Below are positions 29,907-39,259 of a stretch of 64,000 nucleotides of DNA, piece by piece (the stretch's first letter is position 1; the number at the start of each line of letters is the position of its first letter). The stretch spans positions 3,072,001-3,136,000 of the forward strand of contig CBDCJH010000002.1 in assembly GCA_965217775.1 (NCBI GenBank), in the 5' to 3' direction. The stretch is from Acidobacteriota bacterium (GTDB taxonomy: Bacteria > Acidobacteriota > UBA6911 > RPQK01 > JAJDTT01). The position numbers were made by a program, and so were the translations under genes. Under the pieces are notes generated by a model. It saw nothing but the letters and a program-made list of their open reading frames with translations, was not told the DNA's origin and searched no databases.

Positions 29907-31148
29907 ATGGCTGGTCGGGCGCAGGGACGGTTGCACCACGCTCTTGACCCGACGGGCGGATCTTGGGGGCTCGCCGTCGGGTTGCTGTGCCTGTGGCTCC
30001 CGGTTCAAGCCGCCGGCGCCGGAATCCGCGACATTACCTGGACACCAGGAAAACCGCTGCCCTGGCCCACCAAGGGACAGGCCCAGGCCGTGCTGGGCGA
30101 CCAGATCGTGGCGGCGGGAGCCCCGGGATATCCAGGATGGAACCCCAGAGAGAACACTCGGGAACGCGGCAGGCACAACAGCGTCTGGCTCTTCGACACC
30201 CGTTCCAACCGGTACCGGATTCTGCCTGCTGCCCCTGTGGGTCTGAGCTGGCCTCAAGGCGTGTCGGTGGGCGACGATTTCTACCTGCTGACGGGAACCG
30301 TCCGCTGGCCCCAGGACCGGCTGGACATCACGACCAATCGCGTGTTTCGGCTTTCCCGCAGGGCGGGAGAATGGCGGTGGCGGGAGATGCCGTCGTTGAT
30401 CATCGGACGCTTCCTGGCGGCCGCAGTCTCCTCGGGAACATCCATCGTCGTCCTGGGAGGCCAAGCCTCCTACGGAGCATCCCCTTTCACCGGAGACCAC
30501 CCCGGCGTCTACATCAACGCGGTGGAGATCTTCGATACGACCGATCCCTTCCGCGGGTGGAGGGAGCTTCCTCCCATTCCCGGCTATGGCCGCGAGTCCA
30601 TGGCCGCCGTCTCCATCGGCGAGAAGGTGTACGTATTCGGAGGCTTCTACGTCAACTATGCCGAAGCAGGCGACGATTACCACCCGCATCGCCGGCATGG
30701 GGGCGACGCGTACGTGCTGAACCTCCGCTCCTTGCGCTGGCGGAGGCTTCCCGACCTGCCCTTTCCTGCCGGCGGCTGGGAAGCGGCCGTGCACCGGGAC
30801 CGCTACGTCATCATCGCCGGGGGGATGAGAGACTACCCCGTGGACCATCCCTACGCGTACGCCGATCAGATCCCCGGCCGGCCCGCTCCCAACTTCGAGG
30901 TGCTGGTGTTCGACGCCGAAGAGGAGGCCTACCGGATCTTGCCCACGAAGATTCCTCCCTACCGGCCCCCTCCCGAGATGAGGCACAAGGCCCTGGACGT
31001 CGACTGGATCGATTTCTCCCGGGGTGTCTACCGGCTGGCCGCCGAGTTGAGCCTGGTGCGGGGCAAGCTTTATCTGGCCGGAGGAGAGGTCATCAGTCCG
31101 GCCAACGTTACCGACGAGGTCCTGGTGGGGACCATCATCGAGGATTGA
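29907..31148 (+). CDS. Secreted Kelch-repeat beta-propeller protein (NanM-like fold)
   Basis: KVYVFGG, IVVLGG, WRRLPDLP, WRELPPIP repeats; signal peptide. Start uncertain (29862 or 29907). Confidence 0.85.
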   Translation: MAGRAQGRLHHALDPTGGSWGLAVGLLCLWLPVQAAGAGIRDITWTPGKPLPWPTKGQAQAVLGDQIVAAGAPGYPGWNPRENTRERGRHNSVWLFDTRSNRYRILPAAPVGLSWPQGVSVGDDFYLLTGTVRWPQDRLDITTNRVFRLSRRAGEWRWREMPSLIIGRFLAAAVSSGTSIVVLGGQASYGASPFTGDHPGVYINAVEIFDTTDPFRGWRELPPIPGYGRESMAAVSIGEKVYVFGGFYVNYAEAGDDYHPHRRHGGDAYVLNLRSLRWRRLPDLPFPAGGWEAAVHRDRYVIIAGGMRDYPVDHPYAYADQIPGRPAPNFEVLVFDAEEEAYRILPTKIPPYRPPPEMRHKALDVDWIDFSRGVYRLAAELSLVRGKLYLAGGEVISPANVTDEVLVGTIIED

Positions 31149-31153
31149 GCGCC

Positions 31154-32422
31154 ATGGCCCACCCCGAACGGCTGCCGGGAGCCGACCATAAACGCCGAAC
31201 GGTCCTGACCCTGACTCTGCTGTTGCCGGCACTCTGCCTGGCCTGCGGTGAAGGCGTCGATGAGGTGCCGGAGATCCTCGACATCACCTGGGAAATGGGC
31301 CCCTCCATGCCCTGGCCCACGAAGGGACAGGCGCAAGCGACCATCGGCGATCTGATCCTGGCGGCCGGCGCGCCCGGCTTTCCGGGCTGGGAGCCGTCGA
31401 GCCAGCGCTCCACGGGCAAGGGATGGCAGATCCGGGACCGGGGAAGGCACGTCTCGGGTTGGATCCTGGACACCCGGACCCAGGAGTACGGTTTGTTGCC
31501 CGAGTTGCCGGTGGGCATCAAGTGGCCTCAGGGCGCCACGGTGGGGGAGGACTTCTACGTCTTTACCGGTTGGGTGATCTGGCCCGAGGAGCAGAACGAC
31601 AACACCAGTAATCGAATGTTCCGTCTTTCCGGAGCCGGGGACCGGAAGCAGTGGGAGGAACTTCCGTCCCTCCGAGTCGGCCGTTTTCTGCCCGGCGCCG
31701 CCGTCAGCGGCACCACCATCGTGGTGGTCGGTGGACAGGCGACCTTCGGCGCCCAACCCTTCATGGGCGATCATCCCGGAGCCTACGTCAACTCGGTGGA
31801 AGCCTTCGATACGGCCGATCCCGGCGCCGGATGGCGGGATCTGCCGCCACTCCCGGGCATGGGCCGCGAGTCAGCCGCCACGACCGCCGTCGGTGACGAC
31901 ATCTACGTCTTCGGCGGGGACTACGTCAACTACGCCGAATCCACGAACGGCCGGTTCGAGGGTCACCTGCGCCATTGCGCGGACGGCTACGTCCTCAACC
32001 TCAAGACCCTGCGCTGGCGGAGACTCCCCGACCTTCCCTTTCCGGTTCACGGGATGGAAGCCGTCGCCTACCGGGACCGGTTCATCATCATGGCCGGCGG
32101 CATCAAGGACTATCCGGTGGACCATCCGTACCGCTACAAGGACCGGATCCCCGAGGTGCGCTCCCCCAACTTCGACGTCCTGGTGTTCGACACGGTGGAG
32201 AAAACCTACCGGACCCTTCCCTCCAAAATCCTTCCCTTTCCGGTCCACCCCGAGCGGGAGCAACAGATCCGGGAAGCCACCGGCATCGACCTCTCGAACG
32301 GGGTCTACCGGCTGGCGGCGGAACTGAGCCTGGTCGGAAAGAAGCTGTACCTTTGCGGCGGGGAGGTCATCAGCCCCCACAACGTCACCGAAGAGGTGGT
32401 GGTCGGAACCATCGTCGAGTGA
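31154..32422 (+). CDS. Kelch-repeat lipoprotein, paralogue of the upstream gene
   Basis: Lipobox CLAC; shares PWPTKGQAQA, GDHPG.Y.N.VE.FDT, GVYRLAAELSLV, GGEVISP.NVT.EV.VGTI. Confidence 0.85.
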   Translation: MAHPERLPGADHKRRTVLTLTLLLPALCLACGEGVDEVPEILDITWEMGPSMPWPTKGQAQATIGDLILAAGAPGFPGWEPSSQRSTGKGWQIRDRGRHVSGWILDTRTQEYGLLPELPVGIKWPQGATVGEDFYVFTGWVIWPEEQNDNTSNRMFRLSGAGDRKQWEELPSLRVGRFLPGAAVSGTTIVVVGGQATFGAQPFMGDHPGAYVNSVEAFDTADPGAGWRDLPPLPGMGRESAATTAVGDDIYVFGGDYVNYAESTNGRFEGHLRHCADGYVLNLKTLRWRRLPDLPFPVHGMEAVAYRDRFIIMAGGIKDYPVDHPYRYKDRIPEVRSPNFDVLVFDTVEKTYRTLPSKILPFPVHPEREQQIREATGIDLSNGVYRLAAELSLVGKKLYLCGGEVISPHNVTEEVVVGTIVE

Positions 32423-32449
32423 GGAGCCTCCCATCGCAAAGCGATGGCA

Positions 32450-32516
32450 TGGAGAGGCGACTTTCTTGTCGCCGATTGAGAGCGGCGGCTTTCTTGCCGC
32501 CCACTGGGCGACTGGA
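32450..32516. repeat. GGAG-type REP cluster (BIME-like), left part
   Basis: GGAGAGGCGACTTTCTTGTCGCC, GAGAGCGGCGGCTTTCTTGCCGCC, then a half REP GGGCGACTGGA cut by the intron. Confidence 0.8.
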
Positions 32517-34433
32517 GTCACGGTAGGAACGGCAGTTTCCTGCCGCCCCCCGCACAGATCCGGACGTGCCCGTTAAGGCATCCGGCTCCTACCTTGGGTG
32601 TGGACGGCCAGCGGAACCGCTGCCCCGGCCACGGGTGACGGATCTTCACGGATGGCCAGAGCAATTCCGTCATCCGTCGCAACCGTCCCCAGCTGAAGCG
32701 GTCGCGTTGGGACCGGCGGCGCAAGGCTCGCAGCCACCGCCGTTGCAGCAGATAGCAGAAACCTCGCAGCCAGCGCGTACTCCCCGGAACCGCAATATAG
32801 TTCAGCCAGCCGTTCAGGACCCGGCTCAACCATTTCCCGACCTCCCAGTGATCCGCGTGCCGTTGTCTCCACAGCCTCTCCCCCACCCGTTGCAGGGTCC
32901 GGTTCATCCGTTTCGCGCTTGGCTTCCGCCCCAGCCGGAAGCGTCCCTTCCGGGTCTTCGCACAGTAGTGCGTGAACCCCAGAAAGTCGAACGTCTCCGG
33001 TTTCCGCTCCCCGCGTCGTCGCCGATCCGCTGCCGCAAATCGTCCGAACTCCACCAGTCGCGTCTTTTCCGGGTGCAGTTCCAGCCCGAACTCGGCGCAC
33101 CGTTCCCCCAGGTCTCGGAGAAACCGTTTCGCGTCCGCCCGTCTCTGGAATCCGGCCACGAAGTCGTCCGCATATCGCACCAGGATCGCTTCGCCTTTCG
33201 GGACTCGTGGGCGCCACGTCCGATGGAACCATTGGTCCAGCACGTAGTGCAGGTACACGTTGGCCATGACCGGCGAGACGTTGGCGCCCTGAGGCGTCCC
33301 TCTCCCCGTGTCCGACCAGGTCCCTTCTTCCATCACGCCGGCGTTCAGCCACTTGCGCAGCAGCCGCAGCACCCGCCGGTCTCCGATCCGCCGTTCCACG
33401 AACTGCATCAGGCAGTCCCGGTCGATCGCATCAAAGAACGTCCGAATGTCCGCGTCCACGATCCAATTGACTTTCCGCCGTTCGATCCCGTAGGCCAGTG
33501 CATCCAGCGCGTCATGCGCCTTCCGTCCGGGCCGGAACCCGTAGCTGAGCCCGAGAAACTCCGCCTCGTAAATCGGCGTTAGGAGCTCGTCCACGACTGC
33601 CTTCTGGAGGATCTTGTCCTCCAGCGCGGCCACGCCGAGCGGTCGTGTCCTTCCATCCGGCTTGGGGATGTTCACCCGCCGGACGGGAGGCGCTCGGTAC
33701 GCGCCCCGGTGCACGCGGCGATGCAGGTCCAGCAGTCGCTCTTCCAGCTTCGCCCCGTACTCCTCCCACCGTACCCCGTCGATTCCCGGGGCAGCATCCT
33801 TCCTCAGTCCGAGGTAGGCGCGGCGCAGGGCCTCCACAGTGATATGGTGCAGCAGCGCGGTCAGTCGCTCCTTGGGGTTTCTCGCGATCGCTCGCCGTAT
33901 CCGGTCCACCGCTTGGGACACGCTCCCCCGACTCTGCGTCCGGCGCGTGCTTTGGCTCACCGAATTCCCCTTGGTTCCATCCCTTCGCTCCACCGGCTCC
34001 GCCGAGGGTCGCCCCTCTTTGTTCGCCCGCTTCATCGCTACTATGGATGAATCCGATTGCTTCGTTCCGTCCATCATGAGTTTCGGGTTACTCCTTTCTC
34101 ATGCGACCCCGGGGCGACCCCCCGGGGTGAAATGAAGCCCTCCCAGGTCCCGGAACAAGATTTGCGTACGTGCCTGGGTTCTTTGACACCGCGGAGCCCG
34201 GCCGGCCCTCACCTGGGCGGTCCAGCCGGTGTTGCCTTCGACCGCGACTACAGCCTCGGCACTTCCGATCATGGAGCTTTCGATGCTCAATAGCCTGCCC
34301 ATACGCACCGCTACCGACGCTTCGCCGACACCCTCACGGGTGCCCACGCACGGCTCGCGGAGAAACGTGGATGGTTAGTCCTTCGTTTCGGCGGACTTCC
34401 ACCGCCTATCTTGTGCCAGTTAGCCTGGCGCAC
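32517..34433 (-). mobile_element. Group II intron (IIB-type, probably bacterial class E)
   Basis: 5' GTGCG at 34433; domain V GAGCCGGATGC...GCACGTCCGGATC (about 32556-32589); domain VI ends ...CCTACCGTGAC at 32517; RT ORF inside. Class assignment tentative. Confidence 0.93.
32518..34077 (-). CDS. ltrA: Group II intron reverse transcriptase/maturase, no En domain
   Basis: AAPGIDG, IPKPDGRTRPLG, SYGFRPGR, DADIRTFFD, GTPQG, RYADD, FDFLGF; no HNH motif. Confidence 0.96.
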   Translation of the reverse strand: MMDGTKQSDSSIVAMKRANKEGRPSAEPVERRDGTKGNSVSQSTRRTQSRGSVSQAVDRIRRAIARNPKERLTALLHHITVEALRRAYLGLRKDAAPGIDGVRWEEYGAKLEERLLDLHRRVHRGAYRAPPVRRVNIPKPDGRTRPLGVAALEDKILQKAVVDELLTPIYEAEFLGLSYGFRPGRKAHDALDALAYGIERRKVNWIVDADIRTFFDAIDRDCLMQFVERRIGDRRVLRLLRKWLNAGVMEEGTWSDTGRGTPQGANVSPVMANVYLHYVLDQWFHRTWRPRVPKGEAILVRYADDFVAGFQRRADAKRFLRDLGERCAEFGLELHPEKTRLVEFGRFAAADRRRRGERKPETFDFLGFTHYCAKTRKGRFRLGRKPSAKRMNRTLQRVGERLWRQRHADHWEVGKWLSRVLNGWLNYIAVPGSTRWLRGFCYLLQRRWLRALRRRSQRDRFSWGRLRRMTELLWPSVKIRHPWPGQRFRWPSTPKVGAGCLNGHVRICAGGGRKLPFLP

Positions 34434-34472
34434 AATCGCCCCTCCTGTGGGCGACAGGGATGTCGCCCCTCC
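34434..34472. repeat. GGAG-type REP cluster, right part
   Basis: Half REP AATCGCCCCTCC and full GGGCGACAGGGATGTCGCCCCTCC. Confidence 0.8.
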
Positions 34473-35966
34473 TCAAAGCAGCGCTCGGGCGCTTCGGGGC
34501 GGAATTACCCGAAATCCATAGATCGTGGCCTGCTTCAGATGCAGACGAATGCTGAAGGCCCCCTGGGCCACCACCGGCGCCAGATTCTCCCGCCCCTCCC
34601 AGACCACTTCCTGTTGATGCCCGTTGCCGGTCAAGGGCCGGCAGTTCTCGCGTGAGTAACCCGGGATGATCCTGCCCTGGGCATCCATGAGCTCGGCCCG
34701 GATCTCGCCGCCCTCGGCTTCCGCGTTCAGCAGCAGTCCCGGCTCCCGGTCCTTGGCCAGGAGGAGCCGGGTGGTCAACGTCCCCTCGGTCCCTGCCCTC
34801 CAGCCGGCGAACCCTCCCTGCTGGTACAGCGCCAGACCCACCCCTCTCGTCCCCTCCCAGTCGTGCAGGGAGTGGTCGCTGCCCGCATAGAAGACGGCCA
34901 TCCGGCCGTCGACCACGGCCTCCGCGGGGATCGGCCGAACCGAGCCGGCATCCCATGCTCCCGCGCTGGTGTCTGCAAAATAACCGTCGCGGAATCGCGT
35001 CCAATCGATTCCGTCCCGGCTCAGGCCCAACTGTCCCCGGAAGATCTCGTTCTCCGAGTCGTAGCCCTCCCCGTACATGACGTAGACGTCCCGGGCCCGG
35101 CTGTATTTGAAGATGCCGGGACCATAGATCTGCCATGCCGGAGGATCCCGTTCGTCGAGCGTGTGAACCGTGACCGGCGCCGACCAGTGAAACGCGTCCG
35201 GGCTCGTGGCACGTCCGATGGACCGTTTGCCCCGGACGTGGGTTCGAAAGTAACCGGCGTAGAGGCCGATCCGGTCGTCCCAGAAGAAGAGGTTGTGGGT
35301 GTCGAAGCCCCCCAGACGGTTGACGTACGGGGTGAATTCCCAACGGATTCCGTCGGCGGAGTAACCGATTCCCACGCCCCGGCCCCGGAAGTCCCAGCGA
35401 TTGAGCATCATCTTGTAGCGCCGGCCGGGGTCCGCTTCCGCATAGTCCTTCACCACCCAGTAGACGGGCGTTCCCCGCGGGCGCTCGTTGGGGTCCAGGA
35501 ACAGGATGTTGTTGTCCTTGGAACCCTGGAAGTCCACCAGTCCCAACTCCGGTTTCTCCCACCGGATGCCGTCGGAGGACTGGGCATAGAGGCAATGGCT
35601 GCGGTTGACCCCCTCCTCGGTCCGGCCCAGGATCTGGTACCACATCCGGTAGAGCCCCTCCTCCTCGTCGTGCAGGATGGCCACGTAGTTGAGGATCCCC
35701 TGACGCTCCCAGGGACGGTCGATGACCAGAAGGGGGTTGGCAGGGTGTTTTTCAAGCCGCGCCTGCACCAGCTCCAAGCCCTCCCGGCTCCGGACCAGCC
35801 GGTCGTCATGCAGCAACAGCACCTGCTGGCGGTTCAGCACCAGTGGCTCCGTTGCGGACGGAGGATCGGCAATGGGCCCGCAACCGGAGCCGGCTCCCAT
35901 CAGAAGTACGCCGCAGATCAAGGCGGCGGGACCGGCAGGTCCAAGCTGGAGTGGTTTTCTGGTCAT
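34473..35966 (-). CDS. Five-bladed beta-propeller glycoside-hydrolase-like lipoprotein (GH32/43/130-like)
   Basis: KHPANPLL, YRMWY, Asp-boxes S.DGI.W, FDTHNLFFWD, LLLNAEAEGGEIRAEL. Confidence 0.8.
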   Translation of the reverse strand: MTRKPLQLGPAGPAALICGVLLMGAGSGCGPIADPPSATEPLVLNRQQVLLLHDDRLVRSREGLELVQARLEKHPANPLLVIDRPWERQGILNYVAILHDEEEGLYRMWYQILGRTEEGVNRSHCLYAQSSDGIRWEKPELGLVDFQGSKDNNILFLDPNERPRGTPVYWVVKDYAEADPGRRYKMMLNRWDFRGRGVGIGYSADGIRWEFTPYVNRLGGFDTHNLFFWDDRIGLYAGYFRTHVRGKRSIGRATSPDAFHWSAPVTVHTLDERDPPAWQIYGPGIFKYSRARDVYVMYGEGYDSENEIFRGQLGLSRDGIDWTRFRDGYFADTSAGAWDAGSVRPIPAEAVVDGRMAVFYAGSDHSLHDWEGTRGVGLALYQQGGFAGWRAGTEGTLTTRLLLAKDREPGLLLNAEAEGGEIRAELMDAQGRIIPGYSRENCRPLTGNGHQQEVVWEGRENLAPVVAQGAFSIRLHLKQATIYGFRVIPPRSARALL

Positions 35967-36004
35967 GCGTTTCTCCCGGGTGGCGTCACCGAAAATCGCG
36001 AACT

Positions 36005-36955
36005 ATGATGAGGCTCATGGTGCCACAGCACGAGACCGGCCAGAAGGGATTGACCAAGGAAGAGATTCGCGAAGGCCTGATCCGGATCGGATTGGGGCCG
36101 GGGAACGTGGTATTGGTCCATTCGGCCATGCGGACCTTCGGTCATATTCAGGGTGGGGCCGAAACCGTGGTGGAAGCCTTCCTGGAGATCCTGGGACCGT
36201 CGGGAACTCTGGTGGCGCCCAACTTCACTTTTGTTCACGAAGCCGAGGAGGATCCCCTCATCGATCCGGAAAACGACCCTTCAGAGATGGGAATCATCAG
36301 CGAAACGGTGCGGCGGCACGCCCGGGCGATCCGCAGCACGGGGTTTCGTCACTCCTTCTCGGCCATCGGTCCCAGGGCCGAGGTCATCACCCAGGTGGAC
36401 CCCGCCCTCTCCGTCTTCGATCTGCGCTCCTCCTTCGGCGTCATGCTGGCGCTGGACGCCCAGATCGTGCTGGCGGGAATGACCTACCACGCGTCCACCA
36501 GCCACCACTTCGCCGAATGGTTCTGCGACGTGCCCTACCGCCGCACCATACCGCTGAACGTCCGGGTCCGCCGCCCCGACGGCGCCATCGTCCGCCAGTC
36601 CATGCTCGACTACCAGCCGAAGCCGGGCGAAGCCGGCGCCTATTACGATCGCCACACCGACTTCAACCGCCTCGGCCGCATGCTCGAAGAGCAGGGGTCG
36701 GTGGGGATCACGGCCATCGGAAACGCCGTGGTCCGGCGTTTTGCCATGCGGGACCTCATCGACCTGGCCCGAGTGGAGGCGGCCGCCGACTACAACATCT
36801 TCAGGGTGGCCGATGAGACCGCCCAGGACGATTTCGCGCCCCTGGACTTCGGCCGGACCGTTCTCAGCCCGCCCTTGCCCGACGGCGCCGGCCGCATGAA
36901 CCAGTACCAGTGGTGCGTGGTGGACGAAGCCGCGCTCCAGGCGACCCTGAAGTAG
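36005..36955 (+). CDS. AAC(3)/YokD family N-acetyltransferase
   Basis: VLVHSAMRTFGHIQGG, GTLVAPNFT, SEMGIISE.VR, HSFSAIG, TSHHFAE. Confidence 0.88.
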   Translation: MMRLMVPQHETGQKGLTKEEIREGLIRIGLGPGNVVLVHSAMRTFGHIQGGAETVVEAFLEILGPSGTLVAPNFTFVHEAEEDPLIDPENDPSEMGIISETVRRHARAIRSTGFRHSFSAIGPRAEVITQVDPALSVFDLRSSFGVMLALDAQIVLAGMTYHASTSHHFAEWFCDVPYRRTIPLNVRVRRPDGAIVRQSMLDYQPKPGEAGAYYDRHTDFNRLGRMLEEQGSVGITAIGNAVVRRFAMRDLIDLARVEAAADYNIFRVADETAQDDFAPLDFGRTVLSPPLPDGAGRMNQYQWCVVDEAALQATLK

Positions 36956-36958
36956 TTC

Positions 36959-37474
36959 TCAGAACTCGTCCAGACCCAGGATCCGGAAGCTGTTATCCGC
37001 CGTCTCGTAGAGTCCCAGGCTGGGCGATTTTCCCATCTCCCCCAGCAAACCCGGATTGGCCAGCAGCACCTGCCTTCCCCCGGCCTCCAGAACCTCCTGG
37101 CGGCAAGTGTGGTCATGCCCGAAAAAGACGGCGTCGTACTGCCCCGTCAATGCCAAACCCCGGGCCAGGGTGGGATAATGCTGCAACGCGATCTTCCGGC
37201 CGTCGATCTCGATCTCGCCCAGTTCGGCGCCGTGGTGGTGCAGATGGGGGAACTCGGTGGTCCGGGTGACCATCAAGAAAGGATCCCCGTCCACGTTCCC
37301 GAGCACCAAGTGGATCTGGCCCTGAAACGCCGCCGCCAACCGCCGCAGGGTCAGAGGCGCGCAGACGTCCCCGCAGTGCAGCAGCATGCGGACCCCGAGC
37401 CCGTTCAGGTAGCGGCAGGCTCGATCCAGGTTGGGCCAGTTGTCGTGAGTGTCGGAAATGACGGCGACCTTCAT
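36959..37474 (-). CDS. Metallophosphoesterase (YfcE/MJ0936 family)
   Basis: SDTHDN, HCGD, GNVD, GHDH, ANPG. Confidence 0.92.
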   Translation of the reverse strand: MKVAVISDTHDNWPNLDRACRYLNGLGVRMLLHCGDVCAPLTLRRLAAAFQGQIHLVLGNVDGDPFLMVTRTTEFPHLHHHGAELGEIEIDGRKIALQHYPTLARGLALTGQYDAVFFGHDHTCRQEVLEAGGRQVLLANPGLLGEMGKSPSLGLYETADNSFRILGLDEF

Positions 37475-37585
37475 TGCGTTCCAGCGTAAGAATGGCCGCT
37501 CCCAGTGTCAATCGCCGGAAAGCTCCCCCACTGGCCGTAACCCAGCGCAATCCTGCCCAAAAAAAGAGGGATTCGGGGGAGCAGG

Positions 37586-37644
37586 CTTTCCAGACGCCGG
37601 ATCCGGAGCACTGATGAAGAGGGGGACTGAAAGTCCCTCCTCCC
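37586..37644. repeat. Degenerate GGAG-type REP pair
   Basis: GGAGCAGGCTTTCCAGACGCC and inverted GGGACTGAAAGTCCCTCCTCC. Confidence 0.5.
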
Positions 37645-37780
37645 AGGGTGCCCCGACGCGCCGTGGAAACCGGACCGCACGCATTCCTGATTCCCTTTGG
37701 TTCTTGACAGGAACACCTGATGGGTCCATATCTGAGAGCATGCAAATCGAATCCGACAACGGTCCGTAAGGACCACTGCC

Positions 37781-39109
37781 ATGGAGAGTTCAATGGCCCA
37801 AGCCAACCGTCGTTCGTTCCTCAAGTCGGCCGCACTTTCGAGCGCGGTACTGGCGGTCCCCGCATTCCGAAAGGATTCCCAGAGTCCCAACGAGAAGTTT
37901 CGCGTCGCCTGCATGGGTGTCCGCGGCAGGGGAAAAGGCCTGCTCTACGGATTCGCCGAGCTGAAGGATGTGGAGGTGACCCACGTTTGCGACGTGGACA
38001 CCCGGGTCTTCGAGGAACGACTCAAGAAGACCGAGGATCTGCAGGGAAAACGCCCCAAGGCCGAGACCGACTTCCGGCGCCTTCTGGACGACCCGTCCAT
38101 CGACGCCATCGTGATGGGGACTCCCACCCATTGGCACGCCATCCCTACCATCCTGGCCTGCCAGGCCGGAAAGCACGTCTACGTGGAAAAGCCCGCCTCC
38201 CACAACATGAAGGAGGGCCGGGCCATGGTGGAGGCGGCCCGAAAATACGACCGGATCGTGCAGGTGGGCATCCAGTCCCGCAACGGCCGTTTCTTCCAAC
38301 AGGCCATCGACTACATCCGTTCCGGCGTCCTGGGAAAGGTCCGCTTCGCCAAGGGTTGGGAGAGCGCCCACAACCGGAACCTGGGGTTCCCCGCCGACAC
38401 CGCCACTCCGTCCGGCGTCGACTACGACATGTGGCTGGGACCGGCTCCCAAACGCCCCTTCAATCCACTCCGCTTCCATAGCAACTGGCGTTGGTTCTTC
38501 GATTACGGTTGCGGGGACCTGGGCAACGACGGGGTCCATCGCCTCGACTACGCCCGTCGCGGGTTGGAGGCGGGTCTCGATGCCCAAGGGGAGACCCTTC
38601 CCGAGTGGCCCTCGGCGGTGAGCGCCAGCGGCGGCAAGCTGGTTCTGGATGACTGCCAGGAATGGCCCGACACCCAACTGGTCATGTATGACTACCCCAA
38701 CTGCATCCTCATGTACGAGATGCGCCTCTGGTCCCGGCCTCCCCTGGAGGGCCTGGTGGAAGGCGCCGTCATCTACGGGGAAAACGGCTATGTGATCATC
38801 GGCAACCGCAGTTGGCGAGCCTACGGCCCCAAGGCGGAATTGCTTCACGAAGCCAAGGGCTCGATGAAAGAAGACGACGTCCGGCACAAGCGCGATTTCC
38901 TGAAGTGCATCCGAGACGGCGGCAGACCCGCCTGCGACATCGAAATCGGCCATGTCGCCTCCGGAATCGTCCATCTGGGCAACATCGCCTGGCGCACGAA
39001 CAACAAGCTCAAGTTCGATGCGGCCACCGAGACTTTCACCAACGACGAGGAGGCCAACCGGTTGCTGGGCCGGACCTATCGAGAGCCCTGGACGCTCCCG
39101 AAGGTCTGA
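37781..39109 (+). CDS. Tat-exported Gfo/Idh/MocA oxidoreductase
   Basis: NRRSFLK, HVYVEKPASH, DYDMWLGPAP, WRWFFDYGCGDLGNDGVHRLD. Confidence 0.94.
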   Translation: MESSMAQANRRSFLKSAALSSAVLAVPAFRKDSQSPNEKFRVACMGVRGRGKGLLYGFAELKDVEVTHVCDVDTRVFEERLKKTEDLQGKRPKAETDFRRLLDDPSIDAIVMGTPTHWHAIPTILACQAGKHVYVEKPASHNMKEGRAMVEAARKYDRIVQVGIQSRNGRFFQQAIDYIRSGVLGKVRFAKGWESAHNRNLGFPADTATPSGVDYDMWLGPAPKRPFNPLRFHSNWRWFFDYGCGDLGNDGVHRLDYARRGLEAGLDAQGETLPEWPSAVSASGGKLVLDDCQEWPDTQLVMYDYPNCILMYEMRLWSRPPLEGLVEGAVIYGENGYVIIGNRSWRAYGPKAELLHEAKGSMKEDDVRHKRDFLKCIRDGGRPACDIEIGHVASGIVHLGNIAWRTNNKLKFDAATETFTNDEEANRLLGRTYREPWTLPKV

Positions 39110-39259
39110 GTCCGAGAGACCCGGACGGCACATGGCGAAGCCGAGGCGTGGCTCCTCACCACGGGACGGCATCCACCCACCGTTTGATCCCTGGACGTCA
39201 GGGGCGGGGCGCGGTGTACTCACCCATTCAATCCGAAAAAGCGAAACACGAGGTTGACC

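Noticed and set aside
29963-31153. N-terminal 400 aa of the 819-aa ORF
   Set aside because: Arg/Pro-rich alternative frame of the first Kelch gene; the real second gene starts at 31154.
32518-34077. RT as retron, DGR or defence RT
   Set aside because: Flanked by canonical group II intron 5' GUGCG and domains V/VI; no TR/VR pair or msr-msd seen.
37704-37733. Sigma70 promoter at TTGACA
   Set aside because: Perfect -35 but no convincing -10 at 16-18 nt spacing.
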